The notes: generated by a model not told the origin, from the sequence alone. 64,000 nucleotides of DNA from Halarcobacter sp. (GCA_963676565.1 OY781089.1:2080001-2144000), one strand, 5' to 3'; positions 47,371 through 57,517 are shown, numbered from the stretch's first letter. Numbers and translations: made by a program.

Positions 47371-48738
47371 TTACCACTGCATAATACCGATATCATGGAT
47401 AATATCGTTTACAATTGATGTAGTATCTTTTTTCAAATCACATTGAGATTTTTCATATTCAAAACATCTGTCTGGAATTGGAACTTTACCTCTATCTATT
47501 ATTCTAATGTTTTTATTTTTATCTCTAATTGTAATCATGTTATTGTGATTAATAATATGTGGAGAGAATGGTACATCAATTGTTCCATTTTTGATTGAAT
47601 TAAATACTTTTCTCCATAAAGTGTCTGCAGGATCATTAAATACTGCTTCCATAATGGCCATAACTTCTGCTGTTAGGTTTTCCTCTTCCTCTTGGTCTAC
47701 AATATTTGGTAAACCATTTAAGATTCTAAGTAAGTATTGAGTATTTGCAACAGTTTCTGCATTTGCTTCTTTTGTTGGGATTCCTGAAGCTTCTTGTTTT
47801 GTTTTTGTAATAATTTTATCAGCTCCAACCATTGAAGCAATAACCGTACTCATAGAGATTAGTTGAGTTGCATAGTTTTGATCTTCCGGAAATGCACCCA
47901 TCCATTGGTGATAAACAAGGTGAATATCCGCATCTTCACACCCAATCTCATTAGCATAATATTTTGCCATTTTCTTTAAAACTGCAGCTGTTACAATATC
48001 TTGATTCATTGAACCTTGTTGTGAAAAAGAAACAGAAAATGATTTAACTCCCTCTTCAAGAGAAAGTAACATCTCTAAAAGTTGTATAACAATAGTAATA
48101 CAAGGTGGGACTAAAGTAGCAGTTAGTGGTCCAAATGATTCTCTATTTATTGGTTCATTTAGTTTTGAATATTGTGCACATACTCTTTCTACATATTTCC
48201 AGTATAAAAATGCTTTGTCTAATGGGAAATTTTTAGAGTAGGGTAAAAGGTAAGTTATTGGACCACCTTCAATCTCAAAAATACCAGAAGCTATTGCCGT
48301 TTCAATTAAAAGTCTTGCATCCGGAGTACCATGTCTTAATGAAATAGGCTTATTAAAGTGAGTCATCATTTTTCTAGTAGTTCTATATCCATGGTTAATT
48401 AAAGGATAACCATTTAACATATCAACTTCACTCTCTTCACTAAGTCTAAGCATCTTTTTAGAGGTTGCATAATCATTTAATCTTGTATTAGAATCGATTG
48501 TACAAGGAAGAACATCAACATCAGCATCATTAAAAAACTCATATAAAGCAAACATTTTATTGTATGTAGGAAAACCACCTCTTGGTTGTACTAACATTTT
48601 ATTTTTTGTTTTGAAATTATAAGAGATAAACAAATCTTTTGAAGCATTTTTAACAAAGTCTTCAACTTCTGCAAAATCAAAATTATCTACATATTCATTG
48701 TTTAAAATAATATTTCTTTCTTCTTGAAGTAAACTCAT
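47371..48738 (-). CDS. glmE: Glutamate (methylaspartate) mutase E subunit
   Basis: QPRGG, TIDSNTRLNDY, LNGYP, RHGTPDARLL, EGGPITY, NRESFGPLTATL and HQWMG motifs. Confidence 0.92.
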   Translation of the reverse strand: MSLLQEERNIILNNEYVDNFDFAEVEDFVKNASKDLFISYNFKTKNKMLVQPRGGFPTYNKMFALYEFFNDADVDVLPCTIDSNTRLNDYATSKKMLRLSEESEVDMLNGYPLINHGYRTTRKMMTHFNKPISLRHGTPDARLLIETAIASGIFEIEGGPITYLLPYSKNFPLDKAFLYWKYVERVCAQYSKLNEPINRESFGPLTATLVPPCITIVIQLLEMLLSLEEGVKSFSVSFSQQGSMNQDIVTAAVLKKMAKYYANEIGCEDADIHLVYHQWMGAFPEDQNYATQLISMSTVIASMVGADKIITKTKQEASGIPTKEANAETVANTQYLLRILNGLPNIVDQEEEENLTAEVMAIMEAVFNDPADTLWRKVFNSIKNGTIDVPFSPHIINHNNMITIRDKNKNIRIIDRGKVPIPDRCFEYEKSQCDLKKDTTSIVNDIIHDIGIMQW

Positions 48739-49148
48739 TATTTTCTTCCTTCCATGAATTTTTCAAGTTCATCTAAACCAGTATTTAAATCTACTTGGTG
48801 AAATACTAAATCAAAACCATAATTTTTAAATTTTGGAACAATATCATCAGCATACCCTGTACCAACTACTAAGTTACCACCAATCATGAATACAACATTA
48901 TCCAATAAGTTACCATATTGAGCTTTTAAGATTCTAAGCTCTCTTGCCCAACCCTCTGCTTCACCATTAAGTGATGAAATTAATAAAATATCAGCATTTG
49001 TTTCAATCACTGCATCAATAAACTCTTCTAAGTAAGTATTTACACCTAAGTTGAATACTTCGAATCCTCTTGCTTGCAGTGAAAGTTCTATAAGTCTATT
49101 TGCTACTACGTGGATATCATTTCCCACTACGCCAGTTACTACTTTCAT
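48738..49148 (-). CDS. Glutamate mutase S subunit (B12-binding; MamA/MutS-type)
   Basis: DIHVVA (DxHxx base-off/His-on), SSLNG and IGGNL motifs; stop overlaps the glmE start. Confidence 0.9.
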   Translation of the reverse strand: MKVVTGVVGNDIHVVANRLIELSLQARGFEVFNLGVNTYLEEFIDAVIETNADILLISSLNGEAEGWARELRILKAQYGNLLDNVVFMIGGNLVVGTGYADDIVPKFKNYGFDLVFHQVDLNTGLDELEKFMEGRK

Positions 49149-49210
49149 GTACTTTACCTGTTATTATAATTGTTAAAAAGGTGATTATGTTATCTAAAAA
49201 AGAGTAAAAA

Positions 49211-50434
49211 TTAGATTAAGGTATTTACTTGGTTTCTTCCGTTGTTTTTTGATTTATAAAGGGCATTGTCAGCTCTATTTAAAACATCATCAACATTGTC
49301 ACCTTTTTTATATTGGCTAACTCCAAAACTTGCAGTTATATTTTGGAATATTTTAAAGTCATGTTTTTCAATATGGCTTTTAAGTTTTAGTGCCACACTT
49401 TCGCCAACAGTTAAGTTTGAATTAGGGCATATAATTAAAAATTCTTCGCCACCCCACCTTCCTACATAATCAACTTTTCTTGTTTGTTGTTTCAGAATTT
49501 TTGAAATCTCTACAAGGATTTTATCCCCTGTTAAATGACCAAACTGATCATTAATATTTTTAAAATAATCAACATCTAAAATTATCAATGAGAATTCAAT
49601 ATTATATCTTTGGGCATAAGAAAGCTCTTTTTCCAATAGATTATCTAGTTGCCGTCTATTGAAAACATTTGTTAATGTATCTTTGATAGATAGGTTTTCA
49701 ATAATTTTTTTATCTGTAATATCTTGATTTATTGTGGTATAGCATTTGACATTTCCTAATTCATCAAATGTAGGTGAAATAAGAAGTTTTATCCAAAATT
49801 CACTTCCATCTTTTCTAAGGTTTTTAATCTCACCATCCCATCTTTTACCTGAAGTTACAGTTTTCCACATATCTCTATATAAAGTTCGTGGTGTATCAGG
49901 GTGCTTTAGAATACTGTGTTTTTTTCCTATTAACTCATTTTTTTGATAACCAGTTATATTGCAGTAAGCAGTAGAAATACTTGTTATAATTCCCCGTGTA
50001 TCTGTTGTTGAGATAATTACATTTTTATCGATAATATCAACATATTCATTAACACTATTTTTGTTTTTTACTTCTTTTGTTATATTTTCAATAAAACCAT
50101 AAATATATTCAATATTTCCATCATCATCTTTTTTAAGTATTTTTGCTCTAGATGAAAAATATTTTATTTCATCTCTTTTTTTATCTAAAAATGGAAAGAT
50201 TTTAGAATATTCATAATCTTTAGATTTTAAACAATCTTTAAAATCATCAAAGAAATCACAGGAGTTGATAGGGTGTTTATTTTTGTTATTTGCTAAATTG
50301 AAATTTTCTGACATTAGTTTATTGCAATAGAAATACTCAGGGTCATTTTTACAGTCAATCAACCACCAAGCTATATCAGAAAAGTTAAGGATTTGTTGAA
50401 TATTTTCAAGGTATGCATCAAGCAAATTTTTCAT
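49211..50434 (-). CDS. PAS-domain diguanylate cyclase
   Basis: PAS (ILKHPD...WDGEIKNLRKDG); DVDYFKNIND, RKVD I-site and GGEEF. Confidence 0.9.
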   Translation of the reverse strand: MKNLLDAYLENIQQILNFSDIAWWLIDCKNDPEYFYCNKLMSENFNLANNKNKHPINSCDFFDDFKDCLKSKDYEYSKIFPFLDKKRDEIKYFSSRAKILKKDDDGNIEYIYGFIENITKEVKNKNSVNEYVDIIDKNVIISTTDTRGIITSISTAYCNITGYQKNELIGKKHSILKHPDTPRTLYRDMWKTVTSGKRWDGEIKNLRKDGSEFWIKLLISPTFDELGNVKCYTTINQDITDKKIIENLSIKDTLTNVFNRRQLDNLLEKELSYAQRYNIEFSLIILDVDYFKNINDQFGHLTGDKILVEISKILKQQTRKVDYVGRWGGEEFLIICPNSNLTVGESVALKLKSHIEKHDFKIFQNITASFGVSQYKKGDNVDDVLNRADNALYKSKNNGRNQVNTLI

Positions 50435-50510
50435 GAAGAGCAGTATACAATAATTATTATTACTTTTATATAACTTTTAAATAATTTTTTTAAAAATAAA
50501 GAAAAACTTT

Positions 50511-51548
50511 TTAAATAAATTTATTTATTATGATTTTAAAGGTGGTATTTTGTTTATCTGACTTAACTTTTAATTCCCCTTTAAAATGTTTTTCTATGAT
50601 GGTTTTACACATATAAAGTCCTAAACCTGTACCATTCCTCTTTTCTTTTGTTGTAAAATATGGATCAAATATCTTATCAATTATATCTTTTGGAATTCCA
50701 CCAGCATTATCTTTTATAATAATTATTTGGGCATTGTGATTTTCTTTATAACTAATATTAATGCTTGGATTTTTTATCTCATTTTCATTAAAAGCGTCAT
50801 TTGAGTTATTTAGTATATTTAATATAACTTGTAAGAGTTCATTTTTGTAAATATGTAGTTTGTTTAATTTAGTATTTTTAGTATTTGTAATTTTTACATT
50901 TGATAAGGGTTTGTTTAACATTTCTAAAGAGACATCAACTACATAATCTAGAGAAACATACATTTTTTCTTTATCTTTTTTGAAGAAATTTCTAAAATCA
51001 TCAATTGTTTCAGACATATAAATAATATATTTATCCATATCAACTAGTTTATTTTGTAAACTCTCTTTATCTACTTTGTCAATTTCAAGTCTAAATTTTA
51101 AGTTTGAAATTGCAGCTGCAATTGAAGCTAAGGGTTGTTTCCATTGGTGCGCAATCATGGAAATCATTTCACCCATTGCTGCCATTCTAGATTGTTCTAT
51201 TAGTAAACTTTCATTTTGTTTTAATTCAGTTAAGTTAAGTACATATAAAATTTTGTAAGATCTATTTTCATATTCAAAATCTTTAATTTTTATAATAGCT
51301 GGAACAATTTCTGCATTTTTTGAAAATAATGAAACCTCTTCATAAACATCATTATTAAATTCTAAATATTTCTTATTTATATTTGGGATTAAAATACCAG
51401 TAGCTAATTTATTTATTAATTCCTCTTTTGTCTCATACTTTAATATATCGAGCATGGCATTATTTATATTTTTAATAAAACCATCTTCTATTATAATAAT
51501 TCCTTCGATTGTATTATTAAATAAAGTATTTAAATATTTATTATTCAT
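50511..51548 (-). CDS. Cytoplasmic PAS histidine kinase
   Basis: PAS-like N-terminus; IAHQWKQPL, DNAGG and GTGLGL motifs. Confidence 0.9.
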   Translation of the reverse strand: MNNKYLNTLFNNTIEGIIIIEDGFIKNINNAMLDILKYETKEELINKLATGILIPNINKKYLEFNNDVYEEVSLFSKNAEIVPAIIKIKDFEYENRSYKILYVLNLTELKQNESLLIEQSRMAAMGEMISMIAHQWKQPLASIAAAISNLKFRLEIDKVDKESLQNKLVDMDKYIIYMSETIDDFRNFFKKDKEKMYVSLDYVVDVSLEMLNKPLSNVKITNTKNTKLNKLHIYKNELLQVILNILNNSNDAFNENEIKNPSINISYKENHNAQIIIIKDNAGGIPKDIIDKIFDPYFTTKEKRNGTGLGLYMCKTIIEKHFKGELKVKSDKQNTTFKIIINKFI

Positions 51549-51612
51549 TATATTTATACCTTTTATAAATTATTTTTGTAGTATAATTTAATAATTCTTT
51601 TTGGGAGATAAA

Positions 51613-52362
51613 ATGGTCGATTATATAATGCTTGAAAAGTACGCAAAAAATAAAAGTGTTCTTTTAGTTGAAGATGATGATAACATCATAAAAGAGACTA
51701 AAGAGTTACTTGAACTTATTTTTTCAAATGTTATAGTTGCAAAAGATGGTGATGAGGGTATTAAAAAATATCTAAATTACAAAAAAGAGAATGATAAATA
51801 TATCGATTTAGTAATTACAGACATTCAAATGCCAAAAATGGATGGTATTGAACTTACTAAACTAATCTACAAAGAGAATAATGAACAACTCTTAATAGTA
51901 TTATCTGCCCACAGTGAAAGCCATTATTTACTTGAATTAGTTAATATAGGAATCTCACATTTTATAACAAAACCATTAAATTATGATTCTTTTGTACATG
52001 TTTTATATACAAAACTTAAAGAAGTACATGATAATAAAAATGAAGAGCTTAATACCTCAATAGTTGTAATTGATGAAGAATTAAAATGGGATAAAGAGTT
52101 AAAACAAATATATCAAAATGATCAGATTGTTAAACTTACTAAAAAAGAAACTAAACTTTTAGAGTTGCTTTTAAAATATGCAGAGAAGACACTAAGTGTT
52201 GAAGGTATATTAAATTACTTATGGTCAGATGATGATAATAATGCCCCTGATATTGCTAATCTAAAAAATATTATTTCAAGATTAAGAAAGAAAATACCAA
52301 CTATAGATATTGAAAATGTTTATGGTTTTGGCTACAGAGTTAACTTAAAATACACAAAATGA
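51613..52362 (+). CDS. OmpR-family response regulator
   Basis: VEDD, ITDIQMP and TKP; winged helix ending YGFGYR; GGAG SD before the ATG at 51613. Confidence 0.9.
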   Translation: MVDYIMLEKYAKNKSVLLVEDDDNIIKETKELLELIFSNVIVAKDGDEGIKKYLNYKKENDKYIDLVITDIQMPKMDGIELTKLIYKENNEQLLIVLSAHSESHYLLELVNIGISHFITKPLNYDSFVHVLYTKLKEVHDNKNEELNTSIVVIDEELKWDKELKQIYQNDQIVKLTKKETKLLELLLKYAEKTLSVEGILNYLWSDDDNNAPDIANLKNIISRLRKKIPTIDIENVYGFGYRVNLKYTK

Positions 52363-52416
52363 TACCTTTTTAATACACTGTTTGTATATACTTACTGTAT
52401 GTGCAGGAGGTGCATT

Positions 52417-52800
52417 ATGACTCAATTAGAAAGTTTAAAAAAATATACTATACTTTATGTAGAGGATGAAACTTTTATTAGAAGTAATGTAGAGGGTTGC
52501 CTGAAATATTTTTTTAATGTAATAGTAGCAAAAGATGGGCAAGATGGATTAAAAAGATTTGTTAATGATAAGATTGATTTGATTATTACTGATATTAATA
52601 TGCCTAATAAAAATGGATTAGAGATGTTAAATGATATTAAATCAATCAATCCTTCAATTCCATGTATTGTAACATCTGCTTATGATATAAATAGTGTAAG
52701 TAAAGCAAAAAATTTAGGTGTTTGTCATTATATTACAAAACCTTTTGATATAAAAGATTTATTAAATGATTCATTGGAAATTTTGAAAAAGAACGTATAA
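52417..52800 (+). CDS. Single-domain response regulator
   Basis: VEDE, ITDINMP, TSA and TKPF; AGGAGG SD before the ATG at 52417. Confidence 0.88.
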   Translation: MTQLESLKKYTILYVEDETFIRSNVEGCLKYFFNVIVAKDGQDGLKRFVNDKIDLIITDINMPNKNGLEMLNDIKSINPSIPCIVTSAYDINSVSKAKNLGVCHYITKPFDIKDLLNDSLEILKKNV

Positions 52801-52823
52801 AAAGGTTTTAAAGCCTTCTTATA

Positions 52824-53324
52824 CTAAGAATATTCATTTTTATAATCAACATAATGGCCAGCATGTTTTATTAATTTTTCAACATCTTCATCGCTTAATG
52901 TTTTTACAACCTTAGCGGGGCTTCCCATTATTAAACTTTTTGGTGGAAATATTTTTCCTGAGGTAACTAAAGAGTTAGCACCTACAATTGAACCTTCTCC
53001 AATTACAGCATGGTCTAATATTGTTGCACTCATTCCTATTAAACAATTGTTTTCAATGGTACAACCATGAAGCATAACTTTATGTCCAATAGTTACATTG
53101 TCACCTAAGACTGTTTTTGAATCTGTATCCATGTGAATCATTGATAAATCTTGAACATTTGTATTTTTACCAATAATAATCTCATTTACATCACCCCTTA
53201 AAACACATCCAAACCAAATTGATGAGTTTTCTCCAATAGAAACTTTTCCTATTACATCTGCACTAGGTGCGATCCATGCACTAGAATCTATTTTTGGATA
53301 ATGTTCTTTAAATTTTAATACCAT
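52824..53324 (-). CDS. Gamma-carbonic anhydrase family (YrdA-like) protein
   Basis: Hexapeptide repeats; LRGD, NVQD, MIH and TIGHKVMLHGC motifs. Confidence 0.92.
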   Translation of the reverse strand: MVLKFKEHYPKIDSSAWIAPSADVIGKVSIGENSSIWFGCVLRGDVNEIIIGKNTNVQDLSMIHMDTDSKTVLGDNVTIGHKVMLHGCTIENNCLIGMSATILDHAVIGEGSIVGANSLVTSGKIFPPKSLIMGSPAKVVKTLSDEDVEKLIKHAGHYVDYKNEYS

Positions 53325-53396
53325 CTATTCCCCTTATATTTAAAGGAAATATTATATCTTGGAGAGTTTAAAAATGCAAGAAGCAAAATAGTTTAA

Positions 53397-55985
53397 CTAT
53401 TTTGCCTCATATTTAATAATTACTGGTTCTGAGTAGTTTGGAACTTCATCATATGTAAAGATTGCATAATACTTATCAATATCTTTAGCCCCAAAATCAT
53501 CATATGTATAGTTATCAGTCCCTGCATAAAGTTTTTGTCCATCATGGGTAGAATAGGGTTCCCTAAATGCATTTTTAATAACTTTAGTCCCTTTAAATCC
53601 TACATCTTTAGGGTTTTCCCAGCTGATTTTGATTTTACCATTTTCCAAAGATAGTGAGGTATTAGTAACTTTTGGAAGAGGGTATCTTCTTTTTGGAATA
53701 TGTTCAATAATTAATTTTGGAGAAAGTGCTTGGTTTTTAATCTCCCACGTAACACTTTTATTCTTTATACTCTTTTTAGAAGAGGTTGGTTTTAAAACAA
53801 AAGCAACATCAGATTTATTTTTTAGTTTCTCATTTAAAATAATCTCTGCAAAACTATCAAATAAGAAATATTGAGTTTGATTATTCTTTAATTCATTTGC
53901 ACTTACATCATAACCAATATTTTGAATAATTTCTCTATTTGCTATTGAATCATAATCTTGGTCGATATTTTCATCCACAAATTCAAGGTGAAATCGAATA
54001 TCATCTTTTATATAAATATTTGTAGAATTTAGCTCAAAGTAAGCTTTTGTAATCATCGTATCTTCATGAGGAGGCATTGATGATAAATTAAACTCAAAGG
54101 TAGAGTATATTTTCTTACCATTTTCATCGAATCCTGATGAAATACCATCTTGAGTAATACAATCTTTACAAACTGTAAACACTTTTTTTGGATATAGTTC
54201 TGTAATTGTTGGTTTTATTGTATATGTTAATTCTAATCTTGGTCTATATGTTAAACCATAACCAAATTTTCCATACCCAATATCCCATTGCATCATTTGT
54301 CTAGTACGACCAATTATCAACTCTTTTGGACCTTCAACTCTGAATACAACTTTTCCATATTTTTGACCCATTTCTTGAAGAGTTTTACACTCCATTCTTG
54401 AAAAACTCCATGTTCTCCATATACCTTGAGTTAATTGGTGAGATTCTGTAGGTCTTCCAACATATTGAAGAATTTGCATATTATCAACATCTTCATATTT
54501 GGTAATATCACCCATAGTTTCTTGATCTACAATACCAACATTCCATTCACCGTATTTTTCAATAGTTGTTGAAACTCTATTAATTGGGTAAAGGTTTATT
54601 GAGGCATCTTTTATGATTGCATTTTCTGGAACAGAATTTAAACCAACAGTAACAATAGCATAAGAGATACCCTTATTTTCATCAATTCCTACAAATAAAG
54701 AGTTTACACCAAAATGTGAAGCATTGTTGTTTAGGTTTTCAGCAACATAACCTGTTTCTTTTGCTGTTGCATAATAGGTTCTACTAAACTCATCATAATC
54801 ACAATCTGTTCTAAGTCTTATTTGAGGGTAAAATGGTGATTTTTCACCTGTTAATTTATTTACAACCCTAATATTGTAGAAATAATCTTTATTTGAAGTT
54901 AAATTAATATCACTAAATTCTAAAGTTTGTGTTCTTGCAATTAAGTTTGAACTATTACAAAAGTGTTTATCTTTTTGGGCTCTATAAATCTCAAAGAATA
55001 TATTTTCATTTGTTTCATATTCCCATTTTAAATTTACATGATGTGATCCTATTTCTGTAATCTCAAAGCTATTAACCCTTTTTACTGAATTATTTTTTGA
55101 ATAGTTTGGAACTTCGTTTACCGCAGAAAGTAATGCAGGAATATGTTCCCGCAAATTTTCATTCATATCATCCATATAATCACTTATATTTCTAGTTCCA
55201 ACTTCCACAACAGTTGAGATGATTCCTAAAGAATGATAAAACTCTCTACCACTTCCTGAAATCAATTTAATAGGTGGTTTACCTTGATGGATACCATATT
55301 CTCTACCTGAAATTTTTCTAATCTCTTCAGCCATATTTGCACATAAAGTGTTCATATCAGTTGTATCAATTGTATCTTCATGTCTAAAGTCGTGTGCAGG
55401 GAAAAATACATTTCCTTGTGAGTGGTAGTCTAAAGCAATAGTAATATTCTTATGGGCTTCAACAAAATCTCTTAATGCTCTAGTCTCAGGTTCAGAAAAT
55501 GGTTCTGGACCACCATAAACATTAGATGTTGTTTTGGTTGATTTTACATATCCAATTGGAAAATTTCTGTTTAAATCAACACCATAAGAACCATCTATAT
55601 TTGGTCTTCTATTTTTTCTCCAAAAAGAGAAGTGATTATAAGAATAATCAAAGCCATCTGGATTTGCACAAGGGACCATATAAATAGTAGTTCCTTTTAA
55701 ATATGATTGTATAGTTGTATCTGTATCTAATTTTTCTAATATATATTGTGCAAATTCTACTGCTAATTCATGTCCAATCCATTCTCTAGCATGGATAGTA
55801 CCAGTAAAAAATAGTGCTGGTTGTTCATCTGCTTTTTTAATATCCATAGAGATAGTAATTAGATTAATATCTCTTTTTTCCCAAGTTTGACCTATTGATT
55901 CTAACTTGAAATTATTAGGAAATTTTTTTTCTAAATCTTTAAAAATTTCAGTCGATTCATTATATGATCGATAAAGTTGTTTCAA
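53397..55985 (-). CDS. Large M14 zinc carboxypeptidase with C-terminal beta-rich (FN3-like and other) domains
   Basis: GTIHAREW (HxxE), WRKNRR, GVDLNRNF, PFSEPET, DYHSQG and VEVG; no signal peptide. Confidence 0.88.
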   Translation of the reverse strand: MKQLYRSYNESTEIFKDLEKKFPNNFKLESIGQTWEKRDINLITISMDIKKADEQPALFFTGTIHAREWIGHELAVEFAQYILEKLDTDTTIQSYLKGTTIYMVPCANPDGFDYSYNHFSFWRKNRRPNIDGSYGVDLNRNFPIGYVKSTKTTSNVYGGPEPFSEPETRALRDFVEAHKNITIALDYHSQGNVFFPAHDFRHEDTIDTTDMNTLCANMAEEIRKISGREYGIHQGKPPIKLISGSGREFYHSLGIISTVVEVGTRNISDYMDDMNENLREHIPALLSAVNEVPNYSKNNSVKRVNSFEITEIGSHHVNLKWEYETNENIFFEIYRAQKDKHFCNSSNLIARTQTLEFSDINLTSNKDYFYNIRVVNKLTGEKSPFYPQIRLRTDCDYDEFSRTYYATAKETGYVAENLNNNASHFGVNSLFVGIDENKGISYAIVTVGLNSVPENAIIKDASINLYPINRVSTTIEKYGEWNVGIVDQETMGDITKYEDVDNMQILQYVGRPTESHQLTQGIWRTWSFSRMECKTLQEMGQKYGKVVFRVEGPKELIIGRTRQMMQWDIGYGKFGYGLTYRPRLELTYTIKPTITELYPKKVFTVCKDCITQDGISSGFDENGKKIYSTFEFNLSSMPPHEDTMITKAYFELNSTNIYIKDDIRFHLEFVDENIDQDYDSIANREIIQNIGYDVSANELKNNQTQYFLFDSFAEIILNEKLKNKSDVAFVLKPTSSKKSIKNKSVTWEIKNQALSPKLIIEHIPKRRYPLPKVTNTSLSLENGKIKISWENPKDVGFKGTKVIKNAFREPYSTHDGQKLYAGTDNYTYDDFGAKDIDKYYAIFTYDEVPNYSEPVIIKYEAK

Positions 55986-55988
55986 AAA

Positions 55989-57491
55989 TTACTCTCCTAT
56001 TTTAAGTCTAGATTTTAATTGAGCTAATTTATTTTTCCCAATACCTTCAAGCTCTTTTAATTGATCTAAATCTTTTAAACCTTCATTTTTATTTCTGAAT
56101 TCAAAAATATTTTTTGCAAGTTTAGCACCAATACCTTTTATTTTCTTTAATATTGATTCGTCAGCTGTATTTATGTCAACTCTCATATCATCTAAATTCT
56201 CATCCCAAGTTTTTAGAACTTGTTCATCTATAGATTCTAACTCTAATAAATCACTTGAATCAGTAATAACATTGTTTTTTGCATATTCACTAATCTCTAA
56301 AGCTAAATCCTCTTCCATTCCATGTAAAGTCATTAAATCAGTTAATGATGCACAATTTAAATTTAATTTATTAATCTCTAAATTATCCCTAACTGCATTT
56401 TTTGATAACTCTTTTGCAATAGGTAATTTTTCAAAAGCAATTGAAGCTGGCACATCACTTGGTAAACTAGGTTCAGCCATTTCCATTTTAAATTTATCTT
56501 TTGGCTCATTAATAAAATATGTTCCATCACAAGATGGTTTGTATTTACTAAAACCAATATGTCTCATTGTTCTTAATAGTGATGAGTCAATTTTTCCAAG
56601 CTCTTCCCATGAGAATAATGGAACATGAGGCATAGGAAATTTACCATTTGAAAAATCCCACATTAAATATTGACAAATCCAATCTCTAATATAAGGGAAC
56701 GCTGCAAATGCAGTTGCACATTCTAGTATATAGGCTTTATCTGTTTTTGCATCAATTGCAATATCGCAAGCCCAATATTCAGCTTTTGCTGCTTTACTAG
56801 CTTCTACTGCTAATTCTAAAGCATTCATAGGAACATTTTCATATGACATAGAACCACCTTGAGATGTGTTAGTAATCCATTGTCCTTCCCCTGAAAATCT
56901 CCAAAAGGCGCAAACAGGTTTATGTCCAATTAACATAACTCTAATATCTCCAGAAAATTTTAAATCAATAGCATCTTGTGTATAAATGGGGTTATATTTT
57001 TCTTTTTCTAATAAAGCTTTAGCTTCTTTAAAATTATCAACTTTATGAACATAATATCCACCATAATTTGATGGTCCATAACTTCTTTTTATAATTTGTG
57101 GATACTTAGCTTTATTTTTTAGGTATTTAAATCCCTTTTCTTTATTGTAAAAAATCTTTGTATATGGTGCTGATAGATTATACTTTTCACAAAAAAGTGT
57201 AACATTCTCTTTTGATTTATTTGGAAATTGGGTTTCTAAAGATGGAACAAATCTTACATTTGGTAGTTCTTTTGAAATCTCTACAAATGTATCATATGCT
57301 GTTGCAGGGATATTTCCTATAAGTACATCGATTTTTTTTCTTTTAACTTCTTTTATAAATCTATTTTTATCATTTTTCCAATGATATGTAACAGACTCAA
57401 TCTTGTCTGGCCAACCTTTAAAGTTTGATTTGTCAAAGAATCTCAAAACATAATCTAAATACAAAAAACCTAACTTTGGTAATTTTTTCAT
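55989..57491 (-). CDS. ATP-grasp ligase-like protein fused to ComEA-like helix-hairpin-helix repeats
   Basis: IIKRSYG, DIRVMLIG, WITNTSQGG, ACDIA and ILEC; C-terminal DINTA...IKGIG...LEGIG. ATG at 57491 follows an AAGGAAG SD. Confidence 0.82.
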   Translation of the reverse strand: MKKLPKLGFLYLDYVLRFFDKSNFKGWPDKIESVTYHWKNDKNRFIKEVKRKKIDVLIGNIPATAYDTFVEISKELPNVRFVPSLETQFPNKSKENVTLFCEKYNLSAPYTKIFYNKEKGFKYLKNKAKYPQIIKRSYGPSNYGGYYVHKVDNFKEAKALLEKEKYNPIYTQDAIDLKFSGDIRVMLIGHKPVCAFWRFSGEGQWITNTSQGGSMSYENVPMNALELAVEASKAAKAEYWACDIAIDAKTDKAYILECATAFAAFPYIRDWICQYLMWDFSNGKFPMPHVPLFSWEELGKIDSSLLRTMRHIGFSKYKPSCDGTYFINEPKDKFKMEMAEPSLPSDVPASIAFEKLPIAKELSKNAVRDNLEINKLNLNCASLTDLMTLHGMEEDLALEISEYAKNNVITDSSDLLELESIDEQVLKTWDENLDDMRVDINTADESILKKIKGIGAKLAKNIFEFRNKNEGLKDLDQLKELEGIGKNKLAQLKSRLKIGE

Positions 57492-57517
57492 TCCTAACTT
57501 CCTTCTCAATTTATTAA

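Noticed and set aside
49149..49210. Cobalamin riboswitch upstream of glutamate mutase
   Set aside because: The intergenic region is only 62 bp and AT-rich, too short and lacking B12-box features.
21532..52800. High density of kinases, response regulators and GGDEF genes as a genomic island
   Set aside because: They are interspersed with housekeeping genes, with no integrase, tRNA or flanking repeats; this density is typical of free-living Campylobacterota.
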